Shown piece by piece: positions 58,724-64,000 of a stretch of 64,000 nt of DNA. A program made the position numbers and the translations under genes. The notes below the pieces were generated by a model. The model saw only the letters and a program-made list of their open reading frames with translations, searched no databases and had not been told where the DNA came from. This stretch comes from Candidatus Latescibacterota bacterium. GTDB lineage: Bacteria; Latescibacterota; UBA2968; UBA8231. The stretch spans positions 3,552,001 to 3,616,000 of the forward strand of contig OZ220089.1 in the NCBI GenBank assembly GCA_964291625.2. The letters run 5' to 3'. Numbering within the stretch: position 1 is the first letter of the stretch; each line of letters opens with the position of its first letter.

Positions 58724-60373
58724 TCAGGCGGCGCGGGCGGAGGAGAACCCGGTCAGCAGCCGCACCAGGGCCGGCTCCGGGCGGCCGCGGCGGGAGAGCA
58801 GGGCGTCGAGGGGGGTCCGGCCGCGGCGGTCCCGCCGACCCGGGTCGGCCCCCTCCAGCAGCAGGAAGGCGACCGCGTCGGCGTCGCGCCGGGCCGCGGC
58901 CCGGTGCAGGACCGTGGCGCCCGCGTCTCCGGCGGCGTCGATGTCGGCGCCGGCCTCCAGCAGCAGCTGCATGGCGGCGATCACGTCGGCGCCGCGGCCT
59001 CCCTTCAGGGTGTGGTGCAGGGGCGTCTCCCCCTGACGGTCGCGGGCGTCGACGCGGGCCCCGCGGTCGAGGAAGAGCGCCATCGTCTCGAGGAACCCGG
59101 CCTTGGCCGCCGCGTGCAGCGGACAGCGCCCGTCGGCCTGCGGGGCGTTGACGTCGGCGCCGAAGTCGAGGAATGCCCGGGCCAGGGCGGGGCCGCCGCC
59201 GCGGCTGCGGATGTCGGCGGAGCACGAGAGCCGCACCCAGCGCGAGTCCCCCATGTTGGCGGCGCTCGCCGCCAGCAGCCTGGCGATGGCGCCGTCGACC
59301 ACCCAGGGGCCGGGGATCACCTCGGCCGGGTCGGCGCCGTGATCGATCAGCAGCCTCACCAGGTCGGCGCGCCGGATGCGGGCGGCGCGGTCGAGCAACC
59401 CGCGGCTGTGGGGGCGCACCTCGGCGCCCCGGTCCAGCAGCAGCTCCGCCGCCTCGGCGCGGCCGGCGCCCACGGCGTGGGCCAGCGGCGTCACCGGCCA
59501 CACGTCCTCGGCGCGCTGGGTCTCGTGGACGCGGGCCGGGGTCGGCGTCGAGAAGGCGGCGCAACTCGGCGATGTCCCCGAGGAAGGCGGCGGTGTGGAC
59601 GTCGATCCGGGCGCCGCGGGAGATCAGCAGGTCCGCCGTCTCGCGGTGGCCCCGCCAGAGGGCGGCGCAGAGGGGGGTCAGCATCAGGTCGGCGCCCACG
59701 GCGTCCAGCCGGGAGGCCGTCGAGCTGAGGCCCGGCTCGCAAGGGTCGGCGCCGCTGATCGAGAAGGAAGCGGGCGATCCGCAGCCGCCCGCGCCAGGCC
59801 GCCTCCCAGAGCAGGGTGCGGCCGCCGGGACCGCTGATCTTCGGCATCAGGGGATCGTCCTCGAGGGCGGCCTCCAGCCCCGGCCGGTCGTCCGCGGCGA
59901 TGCGGGCGACAGGCTCGCGGAAGAGCCTGGGAGCGCACGCAGCGCAGGTCCCGCGGCATCAGGGGCCGGCGCTCCTCCTGGTCGTTGACCACGTGCCCGG
60001 CCAGCCGGCGCAGGGCGGCCATCACCTCGGCGGCGGCATCGGCGGGCGCGCCCACCTGCCGCAGGGCCGCCTCGAAATGCTCCAGCCAGCGCTCCGAGTG
60101 CCCGGGGGTGATGAACAGGTGGCCGTGGAAGCGGCGCATGCCGGTGCGGGCGGTGCGGGAGTAGCCCGGGGGCCCGCCCAGCCACTCGACGAAGAACTCC
60201 TTCACCCGCTCCCGGCCCTGGCGCAGGTGGAAGTCGTGGAAGAGGGGCTTCAGCTCGCCGTCGGCGGCGATGGCGTCGTAGAAGGCGTCGATCAGGCGGT
60301 GCACGCCCCCGGCGCCTCCGAGGCGGCCCAGCAGCGACGGGTCGGGGTGGAAGGGGGTGCGGCGGGCGGTCAC
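58724..60373 (-). CDS. Truncated hemoglobin (2/2 globin) fused to ankyrin repeats; multiple frameshifts
   Basis: LGGAGGVHRLIDAFYD..LF..FFVEWLGGP..Y..H..I..W..HF; ankyrin pieces in successive frames (GRTLLWEAA, LTPLCAA, VTPLAHAV, GRCPLHAA, GETPLH, GATVLH). Confidence 0.65.
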
Positions 60374-60375
60374 GC

Positions 60376-61334
60376 TCAGTCCCGGCGCAGCCACAGGCGG
60401 ACGTAGTGGCGCCGCTCGGCCGCCTCCGGGTGATCGGTGAAGGCGGTGCGGTTGTGCAGGATCCAGTGGTTGTTGGTGAACAGCATCTGCCCCGGCCGCA
60501 GGTCGAACTCGACGCGCATCCCGGGCCGCGCCAGGACCTCCTCCACGGCCTCGAGAAGCTGGCCCTGGCCGGGGGACAGGGCCTCGCCGGCGCGCTCCTG
60601 GCCGACCTCGATGTAGTAGGCCATGTAGCGCATGGAGAGCTCGCCGTCGTCGCGGGCGAAGAGCCGGCGGCGGGCGATGGGAGGCTCCCCCGGGCCCTCC
60701 TGGCCGCGGCGGTCGAACCAGAAGGCGCCGTGGAGGGTTTCGGGGTCGACGTCGGGCAGCAGCTCGTTGTAGAGGGTCAGGGCGTTGACCAGCTGGCTGC
60801 GGCCCCCCTCGAGGGCGGCGCGCCGGCAGAGGAGGCCCACGAAGTCGGGCAGCAGGTCGTTGAAGGCGTTGTCCGTGTGGAAGGTGCTCTCGGCGCGGGT
60901 CACCGAGAACCGGGCGCCGTCGGTGACGGAGCGGCCGGTGTCGCGCACGTCGTAGAGCAGGGTGCCGGCCACGTCCTGGGCGAAGGGGCGGCCGAGGAGC
61001 CGGCCGAGGGCCCAGTAGGCGGAGACGGCGGCGCCGCCGAAGCGGGACTCGTCGAGGCCTTCGACGATGGCGAACCCGCGGCCCTGGTCCAGCTCCTCGC
61101 GCACCGGGGCCAGCTGACGAGCGCAGGAGGGCAGCCGGGGGCGGTCGAGGCTCGGCGAGCCGGAGAGGGCCTCGCGCGACGGGTCCGGCTGCTCGGCGCA
61201 GGACGGCAGGGGGAGGCCCTCCAGCTCGCGCAGGGAGTCCTCGCCGAGGACGGTGGTCCAGGCCGAGGCGTCGCCGGCGGTGGCCGCGGTCCACACGCGG
61301 GGCCGCGGATCGGCTCCAGGGTCTGGCTCTGCAT
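60376..61334 (-). CDS. TauD/clavaminate-synthase-like dioxygenase; N-terminal frameshift near 61300
   Basis: GRGFAIV, FHTD, DFVGLLC, GG.SQL, PGQMLFTNN..LHNRT, RHYVRLWL; start MQSQTLEPIRGP is in the neighbouring frame. Confidence 0.8.
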
Positions 61335-61446
61335 GGGGTGAGAAGATAGGGAGGCGCGTTGCCTTCGGCTCGAACGGTCCGGTGGTGCGCCGCCGGCAGG
61401 AGCCGGCTATCTTCAGGCCCCACGCACCCACGGATCGAGGGCGGAA

Positions 61447-62577
61447 ATGACCACGCCAGCCGAGCAGACCATCCCACCCGGGGCCGCGCCCTGCCGCGAT
61501 CTCCTGCGGCCCGAGGTCCTGGCCGCCTTCGACCGCGACCGCTTCGAGCGCGAGGGTTACTGGGTCTGGGACGGGGTCCTCACCGACGAGGGCCGCCGCC
61601 GCTGGACGGCCTCCCTGCAGCGGCTCCAGGCGATGAACGACGCCCTCCTCACCGGCACCGACTGGGGCGCCGTCGACTACGCCGCCCGCGGCCTCCCGGC
61701 CCCCGATCCGAAGACCTGTACCCCGGAATCCCTGGCCGCCTGCTGCGGCGGCTCCGAGCAGATGCGGGTCATCCAGCTCACCCCCGGCCTGCGCGACTAC
61801 ATGAAGGACCAGGGCCTCTTCGGGCCCGGCACCGTCCCCGGGGCCGACGGCCGCGAGTGGCAGGGGGTCATGCCCGAGTACTTCTCCCCCGCCTACGACG
61901 ACTTCATCCTCGACGCGACCACCACCCATCCGCAGATGATGGACCTCCTCGGCAAGCTCCTGGGGCCGCGGGTCCTGCTCGATCACATCCTGATGCTGAA
62001 CCGCCCGCCGGGGTCGACGGGCCGTCGCTGGCACGCCCACGGCTACCGCCAGGGCCAGCACGAGACCGAGGACGTCCAAGGCCGCGACAACGACCGCCCG
62101 CCGAGCCGGGAGTACTTCCCGCTCCAGTGCGTGCGCACCCTCTGCTATCCCGAGGGCATGGGCGCCGACGACGGGGGCGGCGAGCTGGCCGTGGTCCCCG
62201 GCGCCCACCTCTACCGCAGCCCCTACCTGTGGAACACCGGGCGCAGCGAGTTCGACGAGGAGTTCCAGGCCGGCTGGATGCGGGGCCGGGTCCACGCCTT
62301 CACCGGCGAGCCCCTGCGCATCGAGGTCCTCTCCCTGAACCCGGGCAGCATGGTCTCCTTCGTCCACCACATGCCCCACCGCGTCGGCTTCCGCGACGAC
62401 GACGCCCCCACCCGCTGGGGGCTGCTGATGGCCTACCGCACGCCCGACCCGGACGAGGCGGAGACGGCCCGCTGGAACGAGGGGGTCCCGGTCCACTGGG
62501 CCGATCGCCAGGAGGCCGCCGGCCGGATCACCGAACCGATGCGCCGCGTCTTCGAGGGAGACAACCCGCCGGCCTGA
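61447..62577 (+). CDS. PhyH-like dioxygenase with atypical metal motif
   Basis: FEREGYWV, WHAH, GELAVVPGAH, PGSMV..HHMPH. Confidence 0.65.
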   Translation: MTTPAEQTIPPGAAPCRDLLRPEVLAAFDRDRFEREGYWVWDGVLTDEGRRRWTASLQRLQAMNDALLTGTDWGAVDYAARGLPAPDPKTCTPESLAACCGGSEQMRVIQLTPGLRDYMKDQGLFGPGTVPGADGREWQGVMPEYFSPAYDDFILDATTTHPQMMDLLGKLLGPRVLLDHILMLNRPPGSTGRRWHAHGYRQGQHETEDVQGRDNDRPPSREYFPLQCVRTLCYPEGMGADDGGGELAVVPGAHLYRSPYLWNTGRSEFDEEFQAGWMRGRVHAFTGEPLRIEVLSLNPGSMVSFVHHMPHRVGFRDDDAPTRWGLLMAYRTPDPDEAETARWNEGVPVHWADRQEAAGRITEPMRRVFEGDNPPA

Positions 62578-62660
62578 CCGGCGCCCGCGGCGCCCGGTCC
62601 GGCACCCGCCGGCCTGAGGCGCCGGCGGACTACCCGAACGTCACATCAGGAGCGAGAGCG

Positions 62661-63530
62661 ATGGACACTTCCTTCACCAATCCAAAGGAGAGCCTGGCCG
62701 GGGCGCGGCGGGACGAGCGCGACTACGCCAGCCTGACGCGGGCCGAGCAGATCCGCTGCATCGAGCTGGAGGGCTACGTGGTGCTGCCCGACCTGCTGCC
62801 GCCGGAGACGGTGGAGACTCTGCGCCAGGAGTTCTCCCGCCTGCCGACCCGCGGCGTCGACTACAGCCCCCACCAGCGCGGCGCCCGCGACGTGCAGTGG
62901 ACGGACTCGCCGGTGGCGATCGAGACGATCGCCCATCCGCCGACGGTGGAGTTCCTGCGCGATCTCTTCGGCGACGACATGATCTGCACCTCCTGCGGCT
63001 TCGGAGTGTCGGAGCCCGGACACCCGGGCATCGCCGTGCACACCGACGCCCAGCCCTACGGCTCCAAGATCTTCGGCGTCCAGTCGAGCGCGCCGGTGCT
63101 GGCGCGGGTCCTCTACTACCTCGACGACCAGACCCCGGAGCGCTCGCCCTTCAAGGCGATCCCGCGCTCCCACCTGTCGATGCACCGCAACGCCAACCCC
63201 TACCTGCGCTACCTGAGCCACCCCGAGGAGGTGATGGTCTGCTGCAAGGCGGGCTCGGCGGTGGTCATCAACCAGAAGCTCTTCCACGGCAACTACCCCA
63301 ACCACTCCGACTCGGTGCGGCGCATGTTCGCCATCGCCTACCGGCCCGACTGGGCCGGCCCCATCGGCGAGGTGGAGGACTACGACCCGGCCCAGGTGGC
63401 CACCCTGCCGGAGCACATCCAGCCCTTCTTCCGCAGCCTGAACACGCGGGAGATCGAGTTCGACCTGCCCAACCGCCCCGACGGCATGGCACGCGACGCG
63501 GCGGGGGTCGGACCCAGCCGCTGGGGGTGA
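62661..63530 (+). CDS. Phytanoyl-CoA dioxygenase (PhyH) family protein
   Basis: EGYVVLPDLL, VHTD, YYLDD, IPRSH, LFHG; AGGAG SD. Confidence 0.85.
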   Translation: MDTSFTNPKESLAGARRDERDYASLTRAEQIRCIELEGYVVLPDLLPPETVETLRQEFSRLPTRGVDYSPHQRGARDVQWTDSPVAIETIAHPPTVEFLRDLFGDDMICTSCGFGVSEPGHPGIAVHTDAQPYGSKIFGVQSSAPVLARVLYYLDDQTPERSPFKAIPRSHLSMHRNANPYLRYLSHPEEVMVCCKAGSAVVINQKLFHGNYPNHSDSVRRMFAIAYRPDWAGPIGEVEDYDPAQVATLPEHIQPFFRSLNTREIEFDLPNRPDGMARDAAGVGPSRWG

Positions 63531-64000
63531 CCGACTGTCGAATGGTTGGGTTCTCGGTGTCGTCGCCCGGCTAGCGGCGGAGGTTCACACCACGGTGCGC
63601 ACCTGCCCCGGGCTCACCGAGTGTCCCGGACCCCCCGGCCGCTGAGTTCCAGCCCGCCCTCCTTCTCCTCCAGGTAGGAGTGAGCCACCTGCCCAGTCCG
63701 GTGACGCACCGGCACTCCCAGGAAGTCTTCATCAGCACCGGGCCGGCGGAAGTCCCCGCGACCTGACGTGCGCCGACAGGTCCGGCGCCCGCAGCGGCCC
63801 GGGCCCGCGACACGCTGGCTGCCCTCGCTCAGTCGGGACAGTCGCTCCCGAAGCGCGGCGACTGCCTTCAGGGGGTTCCTCGGCAGGTCTCATCCGTCAC
63901 CTCGGTCTGTAGCTGATCCGGGTCTCAGGACCGATTCCGCCCCGATTTTCCAGCAAGCCGCCCAAGACACACAAGAAAACACCCCCTTCGGCCAGGAGGC

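Overview
High-GC (about 70% by eye) bacterial chromosomal window. It is rich in PhyH/TauD dioxygenases, SDRs and Gfo/Idh/MocA enzymes, a gene style reminiscent of Latescibacterota/Gemmatimonadota-type genomes (inference only). Housekeeping genes: fbp, xylA, nadA, dapL, glnS, gltX, a DEAD-box helicase, parE/parC, pepF, arfB and lhr. Main observations: (1) a ribosomal protein S18 gene missing from the ORF track, Cys-free, apparently starting at ATC behind a clean promoter and SD, followed by an orphan BMC shell gene; (2) a lower-GC putative defence island (47.6-54.9 kb) with a PtuAB/Septu-like pair (in-frame TAA in the ATPase) and a coupled pair of STAND-like ATPases plus a PD-(D/E)XK nuclease, preceded by three tandem 15-bp palindromes; (3) a small ribbon-helix-helix gene coupled to nadA; (4) a MerR/LiuR-like operator upstream of an alternative sigma70; (5) a truncated-globin/ankyrin fusion. 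Several single-base frameshifts suggest indel errors in the assembly, so pseudogene calls are tentative. No rRNA, tRNA, CRISPR array or transposase was recognised. All family calls come from motif recognition, not database searches.
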